A DNA stretch of 64,000 nt. Origin: Malacoraja senta (lineage: Eukaryota). Shown in pieces: positions 12,393 through 24,646 of the stretch. The notes beneath the pieces are model-generated. The model did no database searches, was not told the DNA's origin, and was given only the letters and a program-made list of their open reading frames with translations. Position 1 is the stretch's first letter; every line of letters begins with the position of its first letter. Location: NCBI GenBank assembly GCA_038087875.1, contig CM075989.1:21330001-21394000 (forward strand), in the 5' to 3' direction. Made by a program: the position numbers and the translations under genes.

Positions 12393-12556
12393 TTCCCTCT
12401 CTAACATCACCTGGGCGCGGACGTAATCCCGGTAAAGGCGCAAGCATCCGGCTCGGGCAAAGCCCTCTTCCGCCTGGAGCCATGACTCGCGGATGGCCAG
12501 CTTGGTCAGGCCTAGGAGCAACCCAACCAGGACATCTTCAGCCCTGCCCACTCGCT
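12393..12556 (-). mobile_element. Tx1-clade LINE ORF2 C-terminal fragment
   Basis: Translates RVGRAEDVLVGLLLGLTKLAIRESW...CLRLYRDYVRAQVMLERE, resembling the Tx1 ORF2 C-terminus. Confidence 0.6.
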
Positions 12557-12689
12557 AGATCCCGTCACCAGTCCTTCGGTCGCTGACATTAGAGCCGCTC
12601 CTCCCCCTACCGACCCGAGGTTGAGTGGCGGTGATCCTTGCCCTCCAGACCTTGGCTACAAGGGACGCTCTACTGGTCCCGAAGACCAA

Positions 12690-12965
12690 TTCTTATTTGC
12701 CTGCACATAATCCTTATCCTTCCAATCCCTGCATATCCATGTGTCTGTCTAATAGCCCCATAATGCCACTATCCTATCCATTACCACCCTTGGCAATGCC
12801 ATCCAGGCAACACCACCCTCTGTGTGAAAAACATGCCTTGCACATCTCCTTCAAACTTTCTCCCTCGTTCCTTAAAGCTACGCCCTCTAGTCTTTGATGT
12901 TTTAATGCTTGAATAACGGTTCTGACAGCCTACTCTATCTATGCCCTCCGTAAATTTATATACTT
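12690..12965 (-). mobile_element. CR1/HER1 3' fragment
   Basis: GIDRVG...SKTRGRSFK...FFTQRVV. Confidence 0.75.
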
Positions 12966-13009
12966 CACTCATAATCTTATCCACCTTACAGACAGGCAAT
13001 GTTTGACTT

Positions 13010-13292
13010 GAGACTTTAGAGACACAGGGTGGATCCACTCCCACCAGTGATCACCCGTTCACTAGCATTGTCCTACACACTAGGGACATTTATTTTACAA
13101 TTTTATCAAAGCCGATGAACCAACAAACCCTTACATCTTTGGAGTGTAGGGGGAAACCGGAGCACCCTGACAAACCCCACACGGTCGCTGGGACAATGTC
13201 CAATCTCCGTACAGACAGCGGCCATAGTCAGGATCAAACCTGGGTCTCCGGCGCTCTAAAGCAGCAACTCTACCGCTGCGCCGCCGTGCCCC
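13010..13292 (-). mobile_element. HE1-like V-SINE
   Basis: Reverse complement of head, V-domain and tail. Confidence 0.8.
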
Positions 13293-14634
13293 CCCCCTGT
13301 TTTGAGCCATTTTTCAGTCTGAAGACCCGACCTGAAACCTTGCCTGCCCCTTCCCCTCCACAGATGCTGCCTGATCCGCTGAGTTCATGAGTCATAAATA
13401 TATTCCGCCTAATTAGTCCCCATTAGTCTAATCCACCATTCAATCATGTCTTTGATCTATCTCTCCTTCCTAGCCCCGTTCTCCTGCCTTCTCCCCATAA
13501 CCCCCTGACACCCCACACTAATCAAGTACTTCCAGAGGTTTGTTTATTTTAGCTCATGATTTCGGCATCTGCGGTTTCCCGTTTGTCTCCATTTAACCCC
13601 TTGAAATGCTGCCGATGAAAAAGAAAATCTCTCTCCGGAGACTCTGCCGCGCTGTTGTTTATTTACAGGCCGGCTTCACGAGTGACCGGCTAATTAGCGC
13701 TGCGACTTTAATAACTCACTGACAGGCTTTGAGTGCAGGTGAAGAGAAGGGAAATAGTTAAACGCCTTTAAAATGTCCGTGTTGAAGCGATGCAAGAAGG
13801 CAAATTGATCAGATGGCAAGAGGATGAGAGAAGGCACATAATAATTGCCAGGTTTTATTTCCTAATAGGCAAGGAAACAATAATTCCAATGCCACTGATA
13901 CAATTTGATTAAATTGGCTTTGATGGTTTAGGGAGAAGTAATATGATTAAATGTCTAACAGCATGCTTTCTGGTTTGTGATGGACAGGTTGGTTTACAGA
14001 GTTTTGAACCCTGAGTTGGGACCAGCCTTAATGTCACAAAGCCTAATCCCTTTACAGCCTGTCATACCTCACGGAAAAGGTTCCTCTTATTAATTTTGCC
14101 GACTAGCACTCACTTAGCATTTGCTTTCCAGATAATTGACAGCAAAGGTGACGTGCGGTGGAGGGGACATTGTAAATCTGAAATAATTTCAAAATTGCCT
14201 GACTCTCGAATTGTTGGATAAGCATATATATGTAAAAATATCTTTATTAGGGCTGACAGGAACAGCAAATGTCATCTGAGTATTTCATAATGTACCAGAC
14301 AAGATTAATTTTGTCTCCGATTGTCAAGAGATTCAGTATTTTGTTGCTTCGTCTGACAGGTTCATTCACATGGGCCCATGTAAATTTTGGACAATTTGGT
14401 TTGTATTATTTATGAGTCAGCCATGCTATCGGTAAAAGGTCAAGTACGTACCAATCCACTTTCTTTCCTTATCAAAAATCAACTCGAAACTAGTAGGCGA
14501 TTAAATAATTCTTTTTGGGCCATTTTATTTCCCCCTTAATGTTTCACTTACAAGATATGAGTAATTACCGAGACACATGAAGCATACAATGGATTTAGTT
14601 CTCAGGTACTCTTGGACTGGGATTGGATTGACGA

Positions 14635-15040
14635 CAACTGGGTTATTACCTCTGGAACGTCAGAGATTGAGGGCTGACCTGATCAAAGTACAATATTTAA
14701 AATTATGAGATGCGGTAGACAGCCAGAACCTTTACATCAGGGTGGAAGTATCAAAGACTAGAGGTCATCGTTTTAAGGTGAGAAGGGCAAAGTTTAAAGG
14801 AGATGTGTGGAGCAAGTTTATTTTCACACAGAGGGTGGTGGGTGCCTGGAACGAGCTGCCAGAGGTGGTGGTGGAGGCAGATACGATAGTGGCGTTTAAG
14901 AGGCTTTTGGATAGGAACATGGATATGCAGGGAATGGAGGGATACGGATCATGTGCAGGCAGAGGAGATTAGTATATCTTGGCATCATGTTCGGCACCGA
15001 TATTGTGGACTAAAGGGCCTGTTTCTGTGCTGTGCTGTTT
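14635..15040 (+). mobile_element. CR1/HER1 3' fragment
   Basis: SKTRGHRFKV...FTQRVVGAWNELP. Confidence 0.8.
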
Positions 15041-15102
15041 TCTGTAGTCTTGGAAAACTGAAGAAGTTATATGCGTTTTATTTGTTGTAGAGTCTGAAGA
15101 AA

Positions 15103-15383
15103 TTTAGTTTAGAGATACAACGTTGAAACAGGCCCTTCGGCCCACCGAGTCCGCGCTGACTAACAATAGCACATGCACTAGTTTTATCCTACACACTAGG
15201 GACAATTTACAGAACCCAATTAACCTGTACGTCTTTGGAATGTGGGAGGAAACCAGAGATCCCGGAGAAAACCTCCACGGTCACGGGGAGAATGTACAAA
15301 CTCTGTACAGACAGCACCGGCAGTCAGGATCGAACCTGGGTCTCTGGTGCTGTAAGGCAGCAACTCTACCGTTGCGCCACCAC
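15103..15383 (-). mobile_element. HE1-like V-SINE
   Basis: Reverse complement of the SINE. Confidence 0.8.
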
Positions 15384-15436
15384 TGTGTAAGGCTTCTTAC
15401 AGGTTACAATTTTCTTCCACTACCCTCTCTTTAGAT

Positions 15437-15981
15437 CAGCGTTTCTCAACCTTTTCACCCTTGCGGAACCCTTGAAATAAATTTCATGTGTCAGGGAACC
15501 CCTACATAAAAATTATTATATACCTTCATTAACCTCTTTCTTTCTCTTTCATAAACTTAAAGTTCATAAGCAAACATAATATATTTTTCTGATAACAGGT
15601 TTAAGCAAAAAATAATTTATGTTTTTCTCAAGTTTATTGACAATGCAAAAAAAATCAACCATATCTGTAAACGCAGCTGCTGTCCACTGACCACTATAGG
15701 CCGTTTTACGCTGGCCCCATATAGATGTCGCTAAATATATTCCCTATGATTATTATATTTTTAAGTAATATAACAGGTTGAAGACTTTATTATAATACCC
15801 AAGAATTTTCCTAGAATATGCCGTACGTGTATAATAAAACAACGAATGTGAAATTAAACACAAAAATTGCTCAAAAATGCATTTACATATGATTAGCCTA
15901 TTTATCACTATTTTTCTCGGAACCCCTGGTGACCTCTCGCGGAACCCTAGTGTTCCGGGGAACCCCGGTTGAGAAACGCTG
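15437..15981. mobile_element. hAT (Charlie-like) non-autonomous DNA transposon
   Basis: Perfect 15-bp TIR cagcgtttctcaacc; 8-bp TSD ctttagat at 15429-15436 and 15982-15989; subterminal ggaaccc repeats. Confidence 0.9.
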
Positions 15982-16367
15982 CTTTAGATGGTAGGTTAAA
16001 CACTGAAATCTATCGCTGGTGATACATTTCTTCGTTTAACACGTGACTGATCGGAAATGCACACTTGCATTTGCAATAAGTATGTTGTTTACTCACTACA
16101 CCAAGCAACTTGATTGGAACAAAGATGGGAAGTATTTACGTTAAAGTGCTTCAAACCAACCTCAAAGTCTGAAGGTTCAGCGGAAAGTAAGCAAGCCACA
16201 AAAAAAGGAAGGACAAGGGTAATGTGGTGATAAGGATGTAATAGAGAACAATAAGGGTGCACCATTGTTTGGATGGCAATGCAGTGTGGTCAGACTCCTG
16301 TGGCAGTCTAATTTATAAAACCAGCCTGAGCGGTGCTTGGGAAAGTTTGCACACAATGTCAAATGGT

Positions 16368-16750
16368 ACATAGATACATAGATACATAGAAAATAGGTGC
16401 AGGAGTAGGCCATTCGGCCCTTCGAGCCTGCACCGCCATTCAATATGATCATGGCTGATCATCCAACTCAGTATCCCGTACCTGCTTTCTCTCCATACCC
16501 CCTGATCCCTTTAGCCACAAGGGCCACATCTAACTCCCTCTTAAATATAGCCAATGAACTGGCCTCAACTACCCTCTGTGGCAGAGAGTTCCAGAGATTC
16601 ACCACTCTCTGTGTGAAAAAGTTTTTCCTCATCTCGGTCTTAAAGGATTTCCCCCTTATCTTTAAGCTGTGACCCCTTGTCCTGGACTTCCCCAACATCG
16701 GGAACAATCTTCCTGCATCTAGCCTGTCCAACCCCATAAGAATTTTGTAC
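16368..16750 (-). mobile_element. CR1/HER1 3' fragment
   Basis: GLDRLDAGRLFP...FFTQRVVNLWNSLP. Confidence 0.85.
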
Positions 16751-16759
16751 GTGACCTAA

Positions 16760-17255
16760 AGGGCCTGTCCCACTTGGGCGACCTAATCCGCGAGTTTTCC
16801 CTCGACTCATACTCGCAGCATGGTCGACACGAGGTCGTAGGAGGTCTTTGTAACTCTCCTTCATGCTCGAGAGTGGTCTCCGTGTACTCGAGGCCTCAGC
16901 TAGGTCGCGGCGTTTTATTCAATATGTTAAAAAATGCCCGCGAGTAAAAAACGGTCGCCATTGAAAAAATAGATACTTTTTTTACTCGTAGGTTTAGTCG
17001 TAGTAGGTCGGCATGTTAGTCGTAGGTAATCGAGGGTAGTTGAAGGTAATCAAAGGTAGTCATAGATAGTCGAAGGGAGGTCGAAGGAGGTCGTCTTCAC
17101 TCTCCACTATTCGGTGCCCAATTTTCCCGAAGTTAGTCGTAGATAGTCGTAGCTGGTCTTCAACATAGTCGAAGGAGGTCTTCAACGTCATTTTTTCAAA
17201 CTCTCCTAAACTCTTCTAAACTCGCCAATTAGGTCGCCCAAGTGGGACAGCCCCT
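16760..17255. mobile_element. PIF/Harbinger-type MITE
   Basis: 28-bp TIR aggg(c/g)ctgtcccacttgggcgacctaat; TAA TSD on both sides. Confidence 0.85.
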
Positions 17256-17353
17256 TAACATTGTGACAACGTCTTCTAACTCGCTGAGTGAAAAGTCTCA
17301 GTAAAAATGATGATCTTAAGATGAAATGTCTTAAAATTAAAATCTTGAGAGTA

Positions 17354-17590
17354 AGGGGCTGTCACACCTGGCGAATTTGCTGGCATCATATCAGTGTCGC
17401 CAAAAGATTTTGAACATTTCAAAATCCAGCGGCGGCAAAACAAATGTTGCGACACTTGAAAAAATCACCGCGCGTCAATACGTCATCACGCCGCATCACG
17501 CCGCATCACGCCGCCTATTTTTCGGTGACCTGATACGTCAGCCAATGATGCCAGCAGTCACCGAAAAAATCGCCAAGTGGGACAGGCCCT
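17354..17590. mobile_element. PIF/Harbinger-type MITE
   Basis: TIR aggggctgtcacacctggcga / tcgccaagtgggacaggccct; GTA/TTA flanks; same family as 31592-31809. Confidence 0.8.
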
Positions 17591-18419
17591 TTAAATATCA
17601 CCAGCAACTTATCCTGGACCAGCCACTTGGAAGCTGTGGCCAAGAAAGCACTACTTCCTTAGAAGGCTGAGGAGGTTCGGCAAGTCCCCGACAACCCTCG
17701 CCATTTTATCGGGATGCATCACAGCGCGGTTTGAGGAACGGCTCCATCCAAGACCGCAGGGAATTGCAGAGACAACATAAACTAACCGACACGTGACAGT
17801 AACTGAACCAGAGTTGTTGGAATATGAACCATTCAACGAAAGAAGTGGATTCACGAAATAGCAGGTGACGTGATAAAATAAGACAAATAAAAATGTATTT
17901 GCTTACCATCACACTTACAATTGCGTAAATGTTGCCTTTTGCCGCCCTGTGTAGTTATTATTTTTCACATATATTGGGAAACCATGAAGTAAATAAAGCT
18001 GGTTTTCAAATGATGCACTTGGCTCCAAACCAACACAGTCAGACTGATAAAATAGGAATGTACTTGATCATTGGGTGATAAGGGACTGTGGTGTGATATA
18101 AATAGATGTTGCACAAGAGACCATGTACAGAGCACATGATTCACGTTATAGTACAATTAGGCCATTCGGCCCATCGCAACTACTCCGCCATTCAATTATG
18201 GCTGATCTCTGCCTCCTAATCCCATTTTCCTGCCTTCTCCCCATAACCCTTGACACCGATTCTAATCAGGAAACTGTCTATTTCTGCCTTAAAAATATCC
18301 ACTGACTTGGCCCCCACAGCCTTCTGTGGCAATGGGTTCCACAGATTAACTACCCTCTGACTAAAGAAGTTCCTCCTCACCTCCTTTGTAAAGGAGCGCC
18401 CTTTAATTCTGAGGCTATG

Positions 18420-19466
18420 TAGCAATGTTACAACATTTTGAGATTTAAAAAATCAAGTCTGTAATTTATCCCATCAGATAAAGCGTAAAAAGAAGTTTAA
18501 TTTGACACCTAATTCACTTTCATATCTTCAGTATTAATAAATTTATGGCTATTTTCATACTCGGAAATTAGCATCTTGTTCCCTATTGCTTTTCTATTGA
18601 CTTAACACAAAAGCTGTGATCCAGGACAGTCAAAAGCCCATAACTTTCTTAAAGATTAAGAGAACTGAAAGAAATGTTCAGTTATTATAGATTGAAGCAT
18701 TCTGAAACAAATATGAAACAATCTTACTTAGATGACATGAAATTAAAGCATATAATTAGTTAGTTACCTAATTGTAGCTAATTACAAAATTCAATTACTA
18801 GATCTAAACATCTATCAATTTCTTAAGAATAGATTAACATTTTTAAATAGCCTAAGTGTCCAAATAACATTCACACAAGAATTCACAATATAACATAATT
18901 TTTAAATCTCATTGTCATGGATTTATAGGCCAAATGGAAGGAATTTAATGTTTAATACCTGTAAATTAATGGCCATTTAAATCATCTTGCGAGTGGGTTT
19001 TTCTGGAACGCGATCATTTGGAACGTTGCGGTTGCGGTGAATTTAAACCCGTATCGGCATGAAAAATACTGCCGGTTCGTTCGGGGGGGAAAAATCACCG
19101 TTTCGCAACTTAAAATGTGAATTAAAGGCATCTTAAAGAGCACTTTTATACATAAAATAAACGGTTTTCCTTTACCTGTCCCGTGCGTGAAATCCGTCCC
19201 CGTTGTCGGCGTTGACGGCTTTAGAAGCTGATTTTAAAATAACTCCAGCGCTGAACTTGTTGGGCAATTAAAAAAAAAAATACACAAGAACGCCCGTCGG
19301 AACGATTCTTCAGCAAACGCTTGCAATCCAAAGAAATATAATACAGGACAAGGTAGGAGAAATCCGCGTTTTAAACCCGCCCCCCCCCCTCAAAGGCGCC
19401 AAAATCGCGCACACGGCCAGTGGCAGAATTGCAGCGCCGCTGAAGGTAAGTATTGTAACATACCTA
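18420..19466. mobile_element. Non-autonomous TIR DNA transposon with 7-bp TSD (possibly hATw-like)
   Basis: TIR tagcaatgttacaa / ttgtaacataccta; TSD ggctatg at 18413-18419 and 19467-19473; splits a CR1 fragment (18155-19556). Confidence 0.8.
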
Positions 19467-20704
19467 GGCTATGACCTCTGGTCCTAGACTCTCCCACCAG
19501 TGGACACATCCTTTCCACATCCACTCTATCTGTGCCTTTTATTATTCTGTAAGTTTCAGAATAAGGTCATAAGGTCATAAGGTCCTAAGGAATAGGACTA
19601 GAATTAGGCAATTCGGCCCATCAAGTGTACTCCGCCATTCAATCACGGCTGATCTATCTCTCCCTCCAAATCCCATTCTCCTGCCTTCTCCCCATAACCT
19701 CTGACACCCGCACCAATCAAGAATGGGGAGCTCTAAGAGCTTAGTGGGACTGGATGAAGGGGCCAAAGTTGTGGAAAGACATGAAAACAAGGATGAGGAT
19801 CTGGGATGAGGCATCCATGGGTTTAGAGTCATAGAATCATACAGTATGCAAACAGGCCCTTTGGCCCAACTTGCCCATGCCGACCACCATGCCCCATCTA
19901 AGATAGTCCCATGTGCCCGAATTTGGTCCATATCCCTATAAACCCTTCCTGTCCCATCTACCTGTCTAATTGTTTCTTAAACGTTGCAATAGTCCCTGCC
20001 TCAACTACCTCCTCTGTCAGCTCGTTCCTCATACCTGAAGAATCCCAGTGAATCTGGAGAAGAGTCGACACAAGGAACTGTGGATGCTGACTTACACAAA
20101 AGGAGCAACTCAGCGGGTCAGGCAGCATCTCTGGAGAACATGGATGGGTGACGTTTTGGGTCGGGAGCCTTCTTTACGTTGATTAAAGGGGGGGGGGTGG
20201 TAGAGAACTGGAAGAGAGATGGTAAGGGAGAAGCTGGAAGAAGGGAAAGGCAGGACAGTGTGGCATGTCCAGTCTCTGGTGGACAGTCTAGTCTCTGGCC
20301 CAAATATCCTGCTTGTAGTGTCGTTTTATGTGACCCATCGTTAGCACTTGGCTTGTATATTCTGCACATTCTGTGATAAAACCTAAAATTCCATTAGTTA
20401 TTTAACAACCTTATCGGCCTATCTTTAATGTCCCATGAACTTGTGTACCACAAATCCCCTCCGGCCTTTGCATTCTTTGGAATTCCACTTCCAATCAGAT
20501 GGTAACTATTCATGTTTTTTTATTAAAATAAAATGCATAGTTCTCTATGTGCAGAAAGTCATTTAGTTCGACCACTTTCCAGTCCATTCTCATTATGCCA
20601 ACAAAAGCTCCACAAAGTGCCTTCATATCATTTATTATCTTCATATCATTTATTATCGTGGTGTCATTGAATGCAATTACTTGTTGCAAGTGACTCATTT
20701 CTAA

Positions 20705-20932
20705 TGGGCCTGTCCCACTTAGGCGACTCTTTAGGCGACTGCCAGGGACTAGTTTTAATGGAATTCACCTACGACATCTGGTGACAACCTACGACAGCAC
20801 CTACGACAAACCTACGACAACCTACGAGAGCAAAAATTGTCACCAATGTCGCCGAAAATTTACCAACATATTTAAAATTTTGCGGCAGTCGCTTGTAGTC
20901 GCCCGAAAAATCGCCTGAGTGGGACAGGCCCA
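20705..20932. mobile_element. PIF/Harbinger-type MITE
   Basis: TIR tgggcctgtcccact(t/c)aggcga; TAA TSD; internal acctacga repeats. Confidence 0.85.
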
Positions 20933-21321
20933 TAAGTATTTTTGTGCTCGATAAAAACTTGATTGGAAAACACCTTGGTAGCAATATTTTGTTGTGCTGC
21001 CTGGGATATATGACAATAAAACTTGTCTTGACTCTTCTCTTGAAGTCAGCAAGTGTGCAAAAGGGATTGACCAGGATTTAACCTGGGCTTGCAGACTTGA
21101 GTTACAGGGAGAAGTTGGGTAGGCAGGGAGTCTTCTCTTTGGAGTACATGAGAGGAATAGATCAGGTTGGTGCACAGAGTCTCTTGCCCAGAGTAGGGGA
21201 ATCGAGAACCAGAGGACATAGGTTCAAGGTGAAGGGGAAAAGATTTAATAGGAATCTGAGGGGTAACTTTTTCACACAAAGGGTGGTGGGTGTATGGAAC
21301 AAGCTGCCAGAGAAGGTGGTT

Positions 21322-22242
21322 CTAAGATAGGTGGGGCTGTGGATAATGAAGTAGATTTTCAAAGTCTACAGAGAGATTTATGCCGGTTGGAAGAGTGGGC
21401 TGAAAGATGGCAGATGGAGTTTAATGCTGATAAGTGTGAGGTGCTACATCTTGGCAGGACAAATCAAAATAGGATGTACATGGTAAATGGTAGGGAATTG
21501 AAGAATGCAGGTGAACAGAGGGATCTTGGAATAACTGTGCACAGTTCCCTGAAAGTGGAATCTCATGTAGATTGGGTGGTAAAGAAAGCTTTTGGTGTGC
21601 TGGCTTTTATAAATCAGAGCATTGAGTATAGAAGTTGGGATGTAATGTTAAAATTGTACAAGGCATTGGTGAGGCCAATTCTGGAGTATGGTGTACAATT
21701 TTGGTCGCCTAATTATAGGAAGGATGTCAACAAAATAGAGAGAGTACAGAGGAGATTTACTAGAATGTTGCCTGGGTTTCAACAACTAAGTTACAGAGAA
21801 AGGTTGAACAAGTTAGGGCTTTATTCTTTGGAGCGCAGAAGGTTAAGGGGGGGACTTGATAGAGGTCTTTAAAATGATGAGAGGGATAGACAGAGTTGAC
21901 GTGGATAAGCTTTTCCCACTGAGAGTAGGGAAGATTCAAACAAGGGGACATGACTTGAGAATTAAGGGACAGAAGTTTAGGGGTAACATGAGGGGGAACT
22001 TCTTTACTCAGAGAGTGGTGGCTGTGTGGAATGAGCTTCCAGTGAAGGTGGTGGAGGCAGGTTCGTTTTTATCATTTAAAAATAAATTGGATAGTTATAT
22101 GGACGGGAAAGGAATGGAGGGTTATGGTCTGAGCGCAGGTATATGGGACTAGGGGAGAATACGTGTTCGGCACGGACTAGAAGGGTCGAGATGGCCTGTT
22201 TCCGTGCTGTAATTGTTATATGGTTATATTATATGGTTATAT
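21322..22242 (+). mobile_element. Young CR1 LINE 3' fragment (RT C-terminus) nested in an older CR1
   Basis: LQRDLCRLEEWAERWQMEFNADKCEVLHLG...LVRPILEYGVQFWSP; one frameshift near 21850; (ttatatgg)n tail; TSD ggtggtt at 21315-21321 and 22243-22249. Confidence 0.9.
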
Positions 22243-22439
22243 GGTGGTTGAGACTGGGACTATCCCAACGTTTAAGAAATAGCGTGACAGTGAACAGCAC
22301 ACACGCGTCTGGTGAGGGTTCTCCCAGAGTTCTGATTAACTACCAGGGCACACCCCTCAACCCAGTGATGCCTTCTTCCCGCCAAACACAGTCACTCTGC
22401 CAGTCCTAGTGCCGCGGGTTCGCTCAGTAAGTGGCCTAA

Positions 22440-22453
22440 CCACCAGGTGGCGC
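22440..22453 (+). promoter_or_regulatory. CTCF consensus core motif
   Basis: ccaccaggtggcgc matches CCASYAGRKGGCRS. Confidence 0.5.
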
Positions 22454-23163
22454 CACAAAGAAACAGTTAGACAGGTACATGGATAGGACAGGTTTGGAGG
22501 GATGTGGACCAAACGCAGGCAGGTGGGACTGGTGTATCTGGGACCTGTTGGCCGGTGTGGAAAAGTTGGGCTGAAGGGCCTGTTTCCACACTGCACCACT
22601 CTATGAGGCTGAGGGGTGGTCTTATTGAAGTGTACACTATCATGAGGACTCGTGGTGATGTTAACGCTCACAGTCTTGTGCCTAGTATAGAGGATTCTAA
22701 AACTAGAGGGCATAAACTTGAGGTGAGAGCATGGGATGATTTAAGAGGAACATTTTTTAAACCCAGAGAATAGTCCCTGTTTCGAATAGGTTGCCAGAGG
22801 AGGCTTTTAAAGCAGATATGATTACGATTTTAAAAAGGCACTTTGACAGCTATATTGAAAGGAAGGTAGACACAAGAAGCTGGAGTAACTCAGCGGGACA
22901 GGCAGCATCTCCGGAGAGAAGGAATGGGCGACATTTTGGGTCAAGACACTTCTTCAGACCCTTCTTCAGTTTAACCAGCACCTGCAGTCCCTTCCTACAC
23001 ATCTGATGAGGAAGAGTTTCGTGAACAATGGGGCCTATGACTTGAAGCTAGCTCTCATCACCATTCTATTTTACTCCAAGTTAAAATAGTTCTAATGGGT
23101 TCTTTTTTTTTGTGGACAAAAAGGTTCCCGAACAAATGACCAATAAACATATGTTCAATGTGT

Positions 23164-23459
23164 CAGGCCCACCACTGATTTTCCAGAAACTGGTGGTCCG
23201 GCACCTCCAATAATCCAGACAAAATTACGAGAGCGCACTTCCTCCGGAAAGTCCCCCCCAAAATGTGGCGCCTAGGCTGGGTAAGGCGGCCGGTCTGGAC
23301 CGCATCGGGTTTTCAGTACCGATCGACGGGTTGAATTTGCCCCCCCTGAGGCCAGGGCTCTGGAACTCTGTTCCCACAGCCGGCGTCCAAGGCCGACTTT
23401 GCGGGCCCGTAACTCTGCCACCCCTCCCCAAGGGTGCGGGAAAGCCGGAGGTGGACCTG
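23164..23459. mobile_element. Degenerate TIR element (Tc1/mariner-pogo/Tigger-like MITE)
   Basis: Imperfect 21-bp TIR caggcccaccactgattttcc versus caggtccacctccggctttcc; TA TSD not intact. Confidence 0.45.
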
Positions 23460-24199
23460 TGGTGACATTTAACAACAAGAGGTGCCAGTTCACCAAGGTA
23501 GCTCCGAGTCTAAGACTGTGTAGTCACAACTCATAATAATTCATTGATCAACTCCTAATGGAATGGCTGAGACTTTCTTCAATTGTAGAGCAAGCTCTGG
23601 TTGGATTGATACTACGAAGACAAATACAGCCCTGTCTGGCTGTACCATGGCTCAGGTACAGCAGACAATTCTCTTTCAGGCTTAACCCTCCGGTTTCAGT
23701 GGCAATGATAGAAAGTTCCTTTCTGCAAACACTCCAGGATGAAATGATAACAAGATTACAAGTAAAGCCTATCTTTACCGCTTCCACAGCCCCTGTCAGA
23801 CAGCGCAAGGTAAATTACAGTGCAGGCTAGAAAAGTATTGATCATGCTCTCGCTCCTTGCATGATGAGATCATACAACCCAGGGTGAAAAGAACTTCACA
23901 GGGGATAAGTGCAGTAATCTCAGGGAAGTTTATTTTAACTACTAGGGTTAAATGAGTTCAACAGGCAAGGACTTATAAACTCTTCACAGAGCAACCAATA
24001 GCATGGTGCACATTTATTACTGATCCATCTGGCGATAAGAAGGCAAGTGAGTTGTAAGTGCCATCATAGTGGCAGGTCGCAGAAATCCAGCCCTGTAAAA
24101 ATAGAACACATGTTTTGCATTACAAATTGATTCAGATGGTTTGTGCTTCCAGCGTGACTCAGGGCAGGACCATGCAAGGAAAGAGATCTACCTGAGGAA

Positions 24200-24395
24200 T
24201 ATAGACATAAAATGCTGGAGTAACTCAGCGGGACAGGCAGCATCTCTGGAGAATAGGAATGGGTGACGTTTCGGGTCGAGACCCTTCTTCAGGTCTCGAC
24301 CCCAAACGTCACCCATTCCTTCTCTCCAGAGATGCTGCCTGTCCCGCTGAGTTACTCCAGCTTTTTGTGTCTATCTTCGGTTTAAACCAGCATCT
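24200..24395. mobile_element. Fold-back Penelope-tail element with intact minus-strand hammerhead motif (24265-24292)
   Basis: gacgtttcgggtcgagacccttcttcag followed by an inverted arm. Confidence 0.75.
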
Positions 24396-24646
24396 CAATC
24401 AATCAATCAAGCCACTTTATTCATCCCCAAGGGGCAATTTAAAAGGGCGCATTACAGTAGCATCCAGCATCTGCAGTTCCTTCCTACCTTAAGAATATAT
24501 TCTAATTGAGATTGTTTTGACATACATTTTAAATATATATGATGGTGTCTGTACGGAGTTTGTACATTCTGCCCTTGACCTGCGTGGGTTTTCTCCGGGT
24601 GCTCCGGTTTCCTCCCACACTCCAAAGACGTACAGGTTTGTAGGCT

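Noticed and set aside
21294..22152. 192-aa and 98-aa RT-like ORFs as a functional gene
   Set aside because: 5'-truncated CR1 ORF2 fragment with a frameshift, lacking the endonuclease and RT core.
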